Source: Planctomycetota bacterium
Lineage (GTDB): Bacteria; Planctomycetota; UBA1135; UBA2386
Direction of reading: 5' to 3'
DNA: 64,000 nucleotides
NCBI GenBank assembly: GCA_031423015.1
Contig: JANPER010000185.1
Span: 38,026-102,025, forward strand
The translations under genes and the position numbers were made by a program. This document shows positions 11,251 through 20,542 of this stretch, in pieces (position 1 is the stretch's first letter; each line of letters starts with the position of its first letter). The notes under the pieces are model-generated. The model made no database searches. It had not been told where the DNA came from and saw only the letters and a list, made by a program, of their open reading frames with translations.

Positions 11251-13869
11251 ATGCTTCACCGCTCCGCTCACCTCTGCCTTTCTCTCTCGGCGGCCGCGCT
11301 GCCAGCCCAGTTCATCCCGGATGTCGTCTCTTACTACGATGCCACCGCGACGACGCACCAGAGCCAGTTCACCACGCTGGCGGGTCAGGGCTACCGCCCG
11401 ATCTCGCTGAGCGTCGCTGGCGGGTTGTCGAACCCGCGCTACACCGCGGTGTGGATCCGGCGCAGCGGCGCTGGTTTCACCGCCGTGCACGGTGTCGACG
11501 CAGCGGCGTACGACACCTGGCGCGCGCAGCAGCGCAATGCGGGTCGACGCCCGTTGCTGGTCAGCACCTCCGGCAGCGCCACCGACACCGTCTACACCGG
11601 CGTCTATGTGAACGACGGCGTGACCGCGGTGGAGGAGATCGAGCTCTATCTGTCGGGCGTCAATGCCAAGAACACCTGGGCCTACGACAACAACCATTTG
11701 CTCACCTGCATGAGCGTGCGCGGTGGCGCTGCCCCGCGCTTCGCCGGCATTTGGGAAGACAACGTCGACCGCGACGGCTGGTGCTTCTATCGCAGTCCCG
11801 CCGCCAACTACGCCGCCGACTTCAACGCGCGTGTGGATGGCTACGGACGCTTGGTGTCGGCGCAATCCTCGTACGACGGCGTGGTGCAAGTGTGGCGTGA
11901 CGACAGCGTCGGCGGCTGGCTTACGTTGCCCGATCTGACGTTGGCGCAACTGCAAAGCGAGGTCAGCACGCGTCGGCCCACCGGCCAATACCCGATCAGC
12001 ATCCAAGCGACGAGTACCGGCAGCGCCGCGCGCTTCCATGTGGTGTTCGCCAACCGCGACCGCGCGCCGGCGCGCACGCTGACGCGCACCGGCACTGCGG
12101 TCACCACCCTCGATGCGTTCGACAACTACATGGAAGACCACATCCGTACGCACGGCATCCGCGCGTCGTCGATCGCGATCGCCAAGGACGGTCGACTGGT
12201 GTATGCGCGCGGCTACACCTTCGCTGAACCGGGATACCCGACCACGCAACCGACCGACCTGTTTCGCATCGCGAGCGTCACCAAGCCACTGACCGGCTTG
12301 TGCATCAACCTGCTCGATCAGCGAAACATCATTTCTCCCAACACGCTCGTGGCGGCGTACGTCGGCCTCACTCCGGCCTACGTGGGCTTCAACAGTATCC
12401 GTGTGCACCATCTGCTGGCGCACCGCGCCGGGCTCTATGCCGACAACTCGAGCTACGGCGTGGCGCAGTGGCTCAACCCCAACAACCCGACTCTGCCCAT
12501 CGGGGCCTGGCACACCACGCTGTGCATCGCTGCCACGCCCCTGGCGTACACAACAGGCCAGGGCAACGACTACTCGAACCTCGGCTACTACCTGTTGGGC
12601 TCGGTGATCGAGCAAGGCTCGAACAAGACCTACGAGAACTTTCTGCGCGACGACGTGGCGGCACCAATGGGAGTGAGCCGAATTTGGGTTGGTGCCAACG
12701 AGCGCATCTATCTGCGTGCCGAGGAAGTGGAGTATCGCAACCGCGAACTCGAGATCACGCCGAGCCAGCTCTACACCGACCGTCGCACCGTGTCGGTGCA
12801 GTTCGGCGGGGGCGGCGACGACAACCTGCGCCGGCGTGCCGCGGCCGGCGGAATCATCACCTCGACCGTCGACTGCGTGCGCATCTTCGCGGGCGCGATG
12901 GACCTCGGCCGCGACGGCGGCTTGTTCACGCAGACGACTGTCGACGCCATGCGCGCGGCGCCGGTGACTTCACCGGGTGCTAACCCCTGCGGCTTCGATT
13001 CGCGGGAAGTGCGCCCCAACGGTGTCATCGCCTTGGGCAAGAATGGCAAGCTCTGGGGCTCTTCGACGGAGCTCATCCACCGCACCGACGGTGTCACCAT
13101 CGCCGTGTTCGACGGACGGCAGAACAGCAACGCCAGCCGCAACACCCTGAACGCCATCGCCGACGCGATCACCACCTGGCCGACGCACGACTTGTTCCCC
13201 AACTACGGCTTGCCGGCGTTCATTCGGGTCTGGCCGCGCATCTACGACGTGCAGAACTCGTCGGTGCCGACCGTGTCGGACGAAGTCGTGGTGGTCACCG
13301 GCGACGTGCTCAGTGGCGTCGATCGTGTGAGCTACAGCGGTCCGGTGGGCGGTTCGTTCACCGCGCGTGTATCAAGCTCGTGGGCTGACGGCTACTTCGA
13401 GATCCCGAGCAACAACCGCCTCGAGCTGCACATGCCGCAGGGCCTGCGCGTGGGCACCTATCAGGTGATTCTGCACAACGGCCTCTTCGCCAGCACGCCG
13501 TTCAACGTCACGCTCACGCGCCCGACCACCACGATCCTCGGTGGGCCGCCGTACAGTTTCTCTGACTTCGAGATGGTGGCGGCGCGTGGACAATGGTCGA
13601 TCAACTCGGTGATGCTCTTGTGCATCAGCAACAGCACGCGGCCGAGCGTGGCGCCCGGCATCGTGAGCCTCGGCCTCGGCAATGCGTTCTCGGAGTTGAT
13701 CCTGTGGCCTACCACGGTGCCGGTGAGCCTCGTCACCGGTTGTGCGCGCTGGACGGTGCCGGGCTCAGTCGCCGGGCTCTGGCAGTTGCAAGCCGCGATT
13801 CTCGACCCGACCTTGCCCAACCCGCTACCGCTGCCGGTCACCAACGTGCGCGCGGTGCGCGCCCTCTAG
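11251..13869 (+). CDS. secreted serine hydrolase (beta-lactamase/PBP-like fold) with N-terminal tandem-repeat region and shared C-terminal module
   Basis: Signal peptide ...LSAAALPAQ. SxxK motif FRIASVTKPLTG and YxN motif YSNLGYYLLG. The N-terminal region resembles the bacterial tandem repeat domains seen next to beta-lactamase folds. The C-terminal roughly 100 aa belongs to the module family described in findings. Confidence 0.85.
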   Translation: MLHRSAHLCLSLSAAALPAQFIPDVVSYYDATATTHQSQFTTLAGQGYRPISLSVAGGLSNPRYTAVWIRRSGAGFTAVHGVDAAAYDTWRAQQRNAGRRPLLVSTSGSATDTVYTGVYVNDGVTAVEEIELYLSGVNAKNTWAYDNNHLLTCMSVRGGAAPRFAGIWEDNVDRDGWCFYRSPAANYAADFNARVDGYGRLVSAQSSYDGVVQVWRDDSVGGWLTLPDLTLAQLQSEVSTRRPTGQYPISIQATSTGSAARFHVVFANRDRAPARTLTRTGTAVTTLDAFDNYMEDHIRTHGIRASSIAIAKDGRLVYARGYTFAEPGYPTTQPTDLFRIASVTKPLTGLCINLLDQRNIISPNTLVAAYVGLTPAYVGFNSIRVHHLLAHRAGLYADNSSYGVAQWLNPNNPTLPIGAWHTTLCIAATPLAYTTGQGNDYSNLGYYLLGSVIEQGSNKTYENFLRDDVAAPMGVSRIWVGANERIYLRAEEVEYRNRELEITPSQLYTDRRTVSVQFGGGGDDNLRRRAAAGGIITSTVDCVRIFAGAMDLGRDGGLFTQTTVDAMRAAPVTSPGANPCGFDSREVRPNGVIALGKNGKLWGSSTELIHRTDGVTIAVFDGRQNSNASRNTLNAIADAITTWPTHDLFPNYGLPAFIRVWPRIYDVQNSSVPTVSDEVVVVTGDVLSGVDRVSYSGPVGGSFTARVSSSWADGYFEIPSNNRLELHMPQGLRVGTYQVILHNGLFASTPFNVTLTRPTTTILGGPPYSFSDFEMVAARGQWSINSVMLLCISNSTRPSVAPGIVSLGLGNAFSELILWPTTVPVSLVTGCARWTVPGSVAGLWQLQAAILDPTLPNPLPLPVTNVRAVRAL

Positions 13870-14375
13870 TCGAGCAGTGCGACGAGAGTGTCGACTCCGC
13901 TGCGGTCAGCGCGGGCGCCACACTGCCACCGCCGAAGACCTCTTCGCCGACTACCTCGCGCTCCTCGCGATGGGGCAAGAGGCCGCTTTACTCCTTGGGG
14001 CTTCCAGTGCCGCTCGAGCGTGGCTAATTGCACGCCCCGCAATTTCGCGCGCCACGCGAGGATTCGCAGCACTTGCAGCCCAGAGCGCGAGTGAACCGCA
14101 GACTGTCGGCGAGTTCGCGGTCCGTGGGAATCCAGCGACGACGCGACCTACCACGAACTGAGTGGCCTTGTGTCGCGGCCGGCGTTCGGTCCACAGAGGG
14201 TCACACGCCAGTTGATTCTGGCGGCAGACGTAGTCGCCGCGTTCAAGGTGCTCGTGGGTGTGGGCGTCGACGTGCGTACCACGCGCATCTGGCAGGATCG
14301 GTCACGCATCCTCGACAACCTTGGCGATGGAGAGGACAAGGTCTGGTTGCAGGAGATGCGGTAGGGGGCCAGCGG

Positions 14376-16274
14376 TCACGGATGAGAACCTCCGTCATGC
14401 AGACTAGCGATCACCGCACCCCCATCGCCGCCAGGCCAGCCTCGATCTCTGCCTGCAGCGCGGCGGTTGCTTTGCTGCGCGGGTGCTCGACACCGTAGCG
14501 CGCAAGGAACGCCGCGGCGGCGGCGCGCGCGTGGGGCAGCGCCGCGGCGAGACGTCCATCGCGGCGCAGCGCGTTGGCCAACGAGTGTTGCGTCTGCGCT
14601 ACCAGCGGATGCCCTGCCGACACCGACGCCACCACATCGTCGAGCAATTTCTCGAACCCAGCAGCAGCATCGTTCCATCGCCCGGCTTTGGCCGCGCAGC
14701 TCCACACGCCGTGACGCGCGTGCAGCGTGTCCTCGGCGCCAGGGCCTAGCGTGCGCGCGAAGCGCTCGGCGATGTCTTGATACTCGGCGAAGCCGTGCTC
14801 TGCCTGGCCGAGGTCGGCGTCGAGGCTGGCGAGGTTGGCGCGGATCTGCAGCACGGAGGCGTGATCGACGTCGAGCAAGCCGTTGACCAGTTCCAGCGCC
14901 GCGGCAAGGTGCGGGCGAGCCTGTGCTGGCCGTCCCAGGTCGAGCAGCGTCGCACCGACGTTGTTGTGCAAGCCGAGGATCGTGTAGCGCGGCGGATCGC
15001 TGAGCGTGCGCGCGCGCTCCAGCAACGCGCGCAGCGTCGCCAGGCTGTGCTCCGGCGGAGCCGTTTCGCCGGTGGCCAACGCCAGGTTGCTTTCGGTCGA
15101 GAACGTGAGCCAGCTGGAGTCGCCGAACAGGCGCTGGCGACCCGCGAGCGCCTCTTTGAAGAGCGGCACCGCTGCCTCGACGCGCGCCAACGACATCAGA
15201 CTCGCGAAACGCGGCGACCGTGGGGTAGCGGCGCTCGGGCGTCTTCTCCAGCGCGCGCAACGCGATGGCGTCGAGGTCGCGCAGCAGCGCGGCGGCGGTT
15301 GGCGCGTTGGCCTTGCGCTCCAGCTCGCGCCGCGACCGACTGGGCGGCGGCGGCACGAAGTCGCGCAAGCGCGCGAACGTGGTCGCGAGATCGTCGGCCA
15401 CCGGGATCGGCGGATGGCCAGCGATCAACTCGTAGAGCAGCGCCCCCAACGCGTACACGTCGACGCGCGTGTCGATCTCGCCAAAGCCCGCCTGCTCGGG
15501 CGCCATGTAGGCCGGTGTGCCGACCGGCCAGCCGCTGGTCGCCATCGGGTCGGGCCCGCCGCTCAGCGGCTCCCCCACCAGACCTACGCGGCGGGCGATG
15601 CCGAAGTCGAGCACGATCGGCGTGGCGCGGCCACCGACGTCGGTGACGACGACGTTAGCGGGCTTGAGGTCGCGATGAATGACGCCGCGCTGGTGCGCGT
15701 GCAAAACGCCGTCGGCCACCGCCATCAGCAGGCGCACGCACGCATCCAGCGGCAACGCCGCGCGCTGGCAGTGCCGCGTGATCGGCTCGCCGGCGATGAA
15801 GTCCATCACCAGGTACGGCAGCCCCGCGGGCGTGCGCCCGGCATCGAGCAAGCGCACGACGTTGGGGTGCGCCGTACGTTCGAGCGCCCGCCGCTCGACC
15901 TGGAAGCGCGCGGCGAGGTCGGCATCGACCGCCGCCTCGGGCACCACCTTGATCGCCACGCGGCGACGCACGGGTTCGGTCTGTTCCGCCAAGAACACGT
16001 GCCCCGACCCGCCGCGACCTATGGGTTCGACGATGCGGTACGGCCCGAGGTGCGTCGGCATCGACCGCGGCAGTACCGCCGGCACCGCTGGCTCGAGTTC
16101 CGGCTCCGACGCGTGGTCGTAACGCAGCAGCGAGCGCACTTCGTGCACCAGTGCACGCGCGTCGTCGCCTTGTGCAGCGAGCGCTTCGAGCGCTGCGTCG
16201 CGACTGGCTCGATCTTGGCTGCGCAAGTCGAGGAACAGACCGCAGGCCCGCGCGTGCAAGTCGCGGTCGTTCAC
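14376..16274 (-). CDS. Ser/Thr protein kinase; only about the first 355 codons look genuine and the ORF tail is out of frame
   Basis: HRDLKPANVVV, DFGIAR, GTPAYMAPEQ, ...ALEKTPERRYPTVAAF. After that the frame becomes Arg/Ala/Gly-rich with no domain-like sequence. The start overlaps the sigma gene stop. Confidence 0.8.
   Translation of the reverse strand: MNDRDLHARACGLFLDLRSQDRASRDAALEALAAQGDDARALVHEVRSLLRYDHASEPELEPAVPAVLPRSMPTHLGPYRIVEPIGRGGSGHVFLAEQTEPVRRRVAIKVVPEAAVDADLAARFQVERRALERTAHPNVVRLLDAGRTPAGLPYLVMDFIAGEPITRHCQRAALPLDACVRLLMAVADGVLHAHQRGVIHRDLKPANVVVTDVGGRATPIVLDFGIARRVGLVGEPLSGGPDPMATSGWPVGTPAYMAPEQAGFGEIDTRVDVYALGALLYELIAGHPPIPVADDLATTFARLRDFVPPPPSRSRRELERKANAPTAAALLRDLDAIALRALEKTPERRYPTVAAFRESDVVGARRGSGAALQRGARGSPAPVRRLQLAHVLDRKQPGVGHRRNGSAGAQPGDAARVAGARAHAQRSAALHDPRLAQQRRCDAARPGTASTGSPAPCRGAGTGQRLARRRSRLRAADPRQPRQPRRRPRPGRARLRRVSRHRRALRAHARPWRRGHAARASRRVELRGQSRAMERCCCWVREIARRCGGVGVGRASAGSADATLVGQRAAPRWTSRRGAAPRARRRRGVPCALRCRAPAQQSNRRAAGRDRGWPGGDGGAVIASLHDGGSHP
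14411..15196 (-). CDS. TPR-like C-terminal domain of the kinase, in the alternative reading frame
   Basis: 261-aa ORF in a different frame: MSLARVEAAVPLFKEALAGRQRLFGDSSWLTF... with repeated helical-pair TPR-like units. It begins exactly where the kinase frame degenerates. Confidence 0.7.
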   Translation of the reverse strand: MSLARVEAAVPLFKEALAGRQRLFGDSSWLTFSTESNLALATGETAPPEHSLATLRALLERARTLSDPPRYTILGLHNNVGATLLDLGRPAQARPHLAAALELVNGLLDVDHASVLQIRANLASLDADLGQAEHGFAEYQDIAERFARTLGPGAEDTLHARHGVWSCAAKAGRWNDAAAGFEKLLDDVVASVSAGHPLVAQTQHSLANALRRDGRLAAALPHARAAAAAFLARYGVEHPRSKATAALQAEIEAGLAAMGVR

Positions 16275-16764
16275 TCTTCCTCGCCCAGCGCGCGCGCCAA
16301 CTCACGGCGCAGCCAAGCCCGGGCCACCGTCCAGTCGGCCTCGACCGTGCGCTTGGAGGTGCCGAGAGCGCGCGCCACCGCGTCCATCGCCAGGCCGCCG
16401 TAGATCCGCAGCGTCACCACCTCGGCCTGCCGCGGGTTCAGCTCGCGCAGCCGCGTGAGCGCGCGCTGCACGACTTCGAGGTCGAAGGCCTGAGTCTGTG
16501 CACTGCCTTCGTCTTGCAGGTCAATCAACTCGACGCGCAGCATGGCGCCGCGAGCGCCACGCGTTCGGTGCGCGGCACGTCGGGCAGGCCGGACCCCGAC
16601 ATCAATCGCAGGCACACCTCGTGCACTGCGGCGGTCGGTTGCAGCGTGTGCCCCTTCCGCTCGTCGGCGAACGCGCGCTGCGCGATGGCCCGCAGCTCCT
16701 GGTAGAAGCTCTCGGTCCATTCGGACGCGCCGCTCGTCTCGGAGGCCCCGCGCTGCTCGGACAT
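16271..16764 (-). pseudogene. ECF sigma factor (TIGR02999 / Ser-Thr-kinase-associated type), frame-disrupted
   Basis: N-terminal part in the frame of ORF 16525..16899, from ATG 16764: MSEQRG...FYQELRAIAQRAFADERKGHTLQPTAAVHEVCLRL. C-terminal sigma region 4 in the frame of ORF 16271..16720: LNPRQAEVVTLRIYGGLAMDAVARALGTSKRTVEADWTVARAWLRREL. The frames switch near 16540-16580 and the expected segment between them is missing. Confidence 0.7.
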
Positions 16765-16875
16765 CTCGGCAAGGATGTGGAGGTTGCCTTTGGTTGGCAA
16801 GGGCACACGCCCCGTCGGTTGCCGCCGCGGCGAGTTTGCGCGAAACGCTACGCCCCGTCGGAGCATCTGAAATCT

Positions 16876-18234
16876 ATGATCACGACCCGCATGCAGCACT
16901 ACCTCTTGCCCCTCGCCATCGCGGCGATCACGTCTTCTCTATCCGCTCAGGCTGACCGCTTCTTCGTCGACGCCACGCGGCCCATGTCTGGCAATGGCCT
17001 CTCTTGGGGCATGGCGTTCCGCACCGTGCAAGAAGCGCTCGCGGTGGCAACCACGGGCCAGCAAGTCTGGGTCGCGGCCGGCACCTACGCCGGTGGTTTC
17101 ACCGTGCCGCCCGGCGTCGTGCTGCTCGGTGGCTTTCGCGCCGGCCACACGCGCCTCACGCAGCGCGTGCCGACCGAGAACACAACGCTGCTCGACGGCG
17201 AGGATCGGCAGCGCGTACTCACGCTGGGAGACGCCAGCCTGGTCGACGGATTCACCATCGCCCGCGGCAACGCCCCGGCGCCCGGCGGCGGCGGCGCACT
17301 CGCCGACGGCACCAGCCCGGTGATCCTCAACTGTTTGTTCATCGCCAACCGCAACAGCGGCGGACGCGGCTCGGCGCTCGCGGTCTACAACAACGGCGCG
17401 CCGCGGGTCGAGAACTGCGTGTTCGCGGGCAACAACGGCGCCGGCCACGTCATCGACGTCAACACCGCGGGCGGCATCTACCGTAACCTGGTGGTCGCCG
17501 ACAACTTCAGCAACGGGCTGCACTTCCAGGCCGGTTCATCGCCGCGCATCGAGAACTGCGCCTTCGTGAACAACACCGGCCTTGGCCTGTGCCACATCAG
17601 CGTCAATGACACGCCGACGCTGCACCACTGCTTGATTTTCAACAATGCTGGTGGTCACATCTTCGTGCCCACCGGGGTGCTGCGCACGATCGAGGCGGTG
17701 AACGCGCTGGCCTATGCGCGCAACAACATCAGCGTCCAGCCGCTGTTTGTAAACCCAACGATGCTCGACTACCGCGTCGCCGCAACCTCCCCGGTGATCG
17801 ATGCCGGGGTCGGCACGCTGTGGAACGACGCGCCCGACGATCTCTTCGGCAACGCGCGCGTCCTCGATGGCGACCTCAATGGCCAAGCGACGATCGACAT
17901 CGGTGTGCACGAAGTGACCAACGTCACGCTGACGGCGCCGCGCTTCGCCGACCGCGGCATGAACTTCACGCTCGCGCTGAGCGGGCGCGCGGGCTTACCA
18001 GCCGCGGTCATCCTCGGCACCAACCCGACGTCCGCGTTCCTGCCGCCGTTCGGCCACCTGCGCCTATCGCCCGCCGGAGTGTTCGTGCTGCTGCCAATCG
18101 GCACGCTGCCGGCATCGACGACGCTGCCCATTCCCAGCACGCTGGCACTCGGCGCGCCGCTTTACTGGCAGGGCGTGGCACTCGGCGCAATGAGCGGCAA
18201 CCTGACGGGGTTGGTCGACGTGACGGTGCGGTGA
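16876..18234 (+). CDS. secreted right-handed beta-helix (pectin-lyase fold) repeat protein with shared C-terminal module
   Basis: Internal ATG of ORF 16498..18234. Signal peptide MITTRMQHYLLPLAIAAITSSLSAQ. Repeats such as ILNCLFIANRNSGGRG / VENCVFAGNNGAG / IENCAFVNNTGLG. Confidence 0.8.
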   Translation: MITTRMQHYLLPLAIAAITSSLSAQADRFFVDATRPMSGNGLSWGMAFRTVQEALAVATTGQQVWVAAGTYAGGFTVPPGVVLLGGFRAGHTRLTQRVPTENTTLLDGEDRQRVLTLGDASLVDGFTIARGNAPAPGGGGALADGTSPVILNCLFIANRNSGGRGSALAVYNNGAPRVENCVFAGNNGAGHVIDVNTAGGIYRNLVVADNFSNGLHFQAGSSPRIENCAFVNNTGLGLCHISVNDTPTLHHCLIFNNAGGHIFVPTGVLRTIEAVNALAYARNNISVQPLFVNPTMLDYRVAATSPVIDAGVGTLWNDAPDDLFGNARVLDGDLNGQATIDIGVHEVTNVTLTAPRFADRGMNFTLALSGRAGLPAAVILGTNPTSAFLPPFGHLRLSPAGVFVLLPIGTLPASTTLPIPSTLALGAPLYWQGVALGAMSGNLTGLVDVTVR

Positions 18235-18443
18235 GAGAGCGTGATGAGTCAAGTTTGGACGTCGACGACCAAGAACTACACGCACGTGTTGAACCGCGGC
18301 CGGCCGGCGTGCAGAGCCCGGCTGATCGGTTGCTGTGAGATGCGGAGCGGCGCGGACTCCCGCGGAGGGGTCTCCCTGTGTGGTGCGGGTGCGCCATCTG
18401 CTTGGTTGGTCGTTAGGCCGGGCTCGGATGCGAGGACACTCTC

Positions 18444-18629
18444 ATGAAGGTGCGCGAGGTGCGGATGCTGCGCGATGACGCTTGGGTTCTGGCCAGACAG
18501 CGAGGAAGCCACCGGCAGTTCAAGCACCCTACCAAGCGGGGTCTCGTGACTCTGGCAGGCAAGTTGAGCGACGATCTCGCGCCGGGTACACTCAACAGCA
18601 TCCTGAAGCAAGCAGGACTGAAGCCATGA
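18444..18629 (+). CDS. hicA: HicA mRNA-interferase toxin
   Basis: 61 aa: MKVREVRMLRDDAWVLARQRGSHRQFKHP... ATGA overlap with hicB. Confidence 0.9.
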   Translation: MKVREVRMLRDDAWVLARQRGSHRQFKHPTKRGLVTLAGKLSDDLAPGTLNSILKQAGLKP

Positions 18630-18838
18630 AGTTGCTCATCGTGATCGAGAAGACCGGAACCGGCTTCTCTGCCTACTCCCCCGATCTTCAAGGCTGCGTC
18701 GCGACCGGCGCGACGCGAAAACAGGTCGAGTCCAACATGCAGAAGGCCATCGAGTTTCATCTGGCTGGCATGCGTGCCGAGAAGATCAAGGTTCCTGTCC
18801 CGCGAAGCTACTCCACGTATGTGGATGTGCCGGCCTAA
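18626..18838 (+). CDS. hicB: HicB antitoxin (short form, RNase H-like fold only)
   Basis: Internal ATG 18626 of ORF 18482..18838: MKLLIVIEKTGTGFSAYSPDLQGCVATGATRKQVESNMQKAIEFHL. Confidence 0.85.
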   Translation: MKLLIVIEKTGTGFSAYSPDLQGCVATGATRKQVESNMQKAIEFHLAGMRAEKIKVPVPRSYSTYVDVPA

Positions 18839-18879
18839 CCAGCCGCAGCCGTTAGGCAACCCAACCTTCGGGGTACATC

Positions 18880-19302
18880 GTGGCTAGGCGAGTTTGGACG
18901 TGGAATCCACACACCGGCGGGACGAAGATCCCTGCGACGGTGCGCGAGCGCACCGAGCGGCGCATTCGGGCCCACGCTGCTACACATCACGCCAGGAAGT
19001 TCACGCGTTTGGACATTCGATTCCGCGGAGCGCTCTGCTACATCGATGCCTACACCGAGCCGGAGCAACCGTCGGCTGCCTCGCTACGGGCGCTCGGCGA
19101 GACGCGCGGCCAGTATCTGGAGCGCTTGCGCTCCACACCGGTGCATTTGTGTCGACTTCGATTCCTTGGGCGCGAGGACGCGTGGAGCATGGCGTTCTTC
19201 ACCTACAGTCACGAGCGCTACGAGGCGTGCTCATTCCACAACGGCAGTTGGACGGGAACTCCAGAGGAGGCGTTCGAGATCGGTGCTGTCTACTTGCAAT
19301 GA
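18880..19302 (+). CDS. hypothetical protein
   Basis: 140-aa ORF with balanced composition (MARRVWTWNPHTGGTKIPATVRERTERRIRAH...). I recognise no family. Confidence 0.5.
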   Translation: MARRVWTWNPHTGGTKIPATVRERTERRIRAHAATHHARKFTRLDIRFRGALCYIDAYTEPEQPSAASLRALGETRGQYLERLRSTPVHLCRLRFLGREDAWSMAFFTYSHERYEACSFHNGSWTGTPEEAFEIGAVYLQ

Positions 19303-19458
19303 GAGCGAGGCCAGCGGGCGCTTGAGACGGTTGCACCGTTCCGCTCGCTGCGTGAGTGTGCGCCGCGCGGCTGGCACCTTGACCGTCACTCCGAGCCACG
19401 TCCGCAATCGAATCAAGGCCCGATTTGTCGAACAGATACCAAGAGGGTCGGTGACACC

Positions 19459-19887
19459 ATGGAAGTGACTCCTCATCTAATGTTTTGTGGGCAATGTGAG
19501 GAAGCCTTCAGATTCTATGAGCGGGTGCTTGGCGGGCAGATCGTCACCCTGCTCACGTACGGCAAGTCTCCCCTGGCTGAACAGGTGCCCCTGGAGTGGC
19601 GAGACAAGATCATCCACGCGAGCCTGACCATAGCGAGCAGCGTCTTGACCGGAGCTGACGTGCTTCCGGAGCAATTCGAACGCCCGCAAGGGTTCTATGT
19701 CCTGCTGGGAATCGATCAGCCAGTGGACGCCGAACGGGTGTTTGCGGCACTGGCGAAAGACGGCACCGTGCGCATGGCCATCCAAGAAACGTTCTGGTCG
19801 GTTCGTTTCGGCGTACTTGTTGACCGATTCGGCATTCCGTGGGAAATCAGCTGCGGGCAGGTTGCCGCGGGCGACAAAAGAACATAG
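19459..19887 (+). CDS. VOC/glyoxalase-superfamily protein (PhnB-like)
   Basis: 142 aa: MEVTPHLMFCGQCEEAFRFYERVLGG...IIHASL...FWSVRFGVLVDRFGIPWEI. This is the typical PhnB/3-demethylubiquinone methyltransferase-like fold signature. Confidence 0.8.
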   Translation: MEVTPHLMFCGQCEEAFRFYERVLGGQIVTLLTYGKSPLAEQVPLEWRDKIIHASLTIASSVLTGADVLPEQFERPQGFYVLLGIDQPVDAERVFAALAKDGTVRMAIQETFWSVRFGVLVDRFGIPWEISCGQVAAGDKRT

Positions 19888-20029
19888 CGATCGAAGGTGT
19901 GTGCATGCAGGGCGGCCGGCTGCGAACCGTCCGTGATCTGCACTCCCGAGGAGCTGATGAATGACAAACAAGTTTGAAGGCGAAATCGTCGGTGACGCGG
20001 ATCGGGCAGAGCTGCGTCCCGCACTCGAG

Positions 20030-20507
20030 TGCGTCGGCCAGCGCAGCCTGGCTGCAGGTTGGAGCGACCACCAGGCTCATCGCCTCGGGCCAACCTGCGT
20101 CGGTTGGGGTCGCCAATGCTCGGGTTCCAATTGCCGACGCCCATCGACCTCGCGTCCATCGGCGCCCCGGGTTGCATGCTGCACGTGTCGCCCGAGCTTC
20201 TCGACACCGTCTGCGCCTGACATGCCCGGTGATGCCCAGATCTTGCTGCCAGTCCCCGCGGCGACGTCGTTGGCCGGCATGACGGTGCACAATCAGTGGG
20301 TGAACATCGAGCGGCCAGACGCGCGCAGCAACCCCCGCCGGATTGACAACCACGAACGAGCTGGCTCTGCGCATCGCGGCGACGACCCTGCCGGCGGTCA
20401 TGCTGACGACGGTCCGCTCTGGCCTCACTGGGTCCGGGACGACACTGCCATCGAGCGGCCTCGTGCTCCCTGGTCGTGCGCCCGTCTTGCAGTTGACGTT
20501 CCAGTAG
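20030..20507 (+). pseudogene. decayed copy of the shared C-terminal module (orphan 3' gene fragment)
   Basis: Pieces in three + frames: ...SGQPASVGV / MLGFQLPTPIDLASIGAPGCMLHVSPELLDTV / DAQILLPVPAATSLAGMTVHNQWVNIE / NPAGLTTTNELALRIA...LQLTFQ stop 20505-20507. There is no N-terminal catalytic part. Confidence 0.55.
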
Positions 20508-20542
20508 CGATCGACGCCCAAGCAGATACCGCATCCAGCGAC

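Noticed and set aside
13870-14410. A 540-bp gap between the serine hydrolase and the kinase/TPR gene with several 60-140-aa ORFs. One minus-strand frame stays open across an in-frame TGA. One + frame (..VRTTRIWQDRSRILDNLGDGEDKVW..) is faintly reminiscent of DUF433.
   Set aside because: No frame gives a motif I can defend and the similarities are too weak and short. It is possibly a degraded small gene, but I cannot support a call.
14376-15190. C-terminal roughly 270 codons of the 632-aa kinase ORF as drawn in the track.
   Set aside because: The sequence is Arg/Ala/Gly/Pro-rich with no domain-like features. The overlapping alternative frame gives a clean TPR-like domain, so this tail is an out-of-frame read-through rather than real protein.
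18411-18855. 8-bp direct repeats CGTTAGGC at 18411-18418 and 18848-18855 bracket the hicAB cassette. They share GTTAGG with the IS target duplication at 47542 and 49506.
   Set aside because: By my rough composition-based estimate, an 8-mer like this is expected by chance about once or twice in 64 kb. There is no further similarity to the IS ends beyond CCG. I cannot distinguish a real insertion scar or target preference from coincidence.
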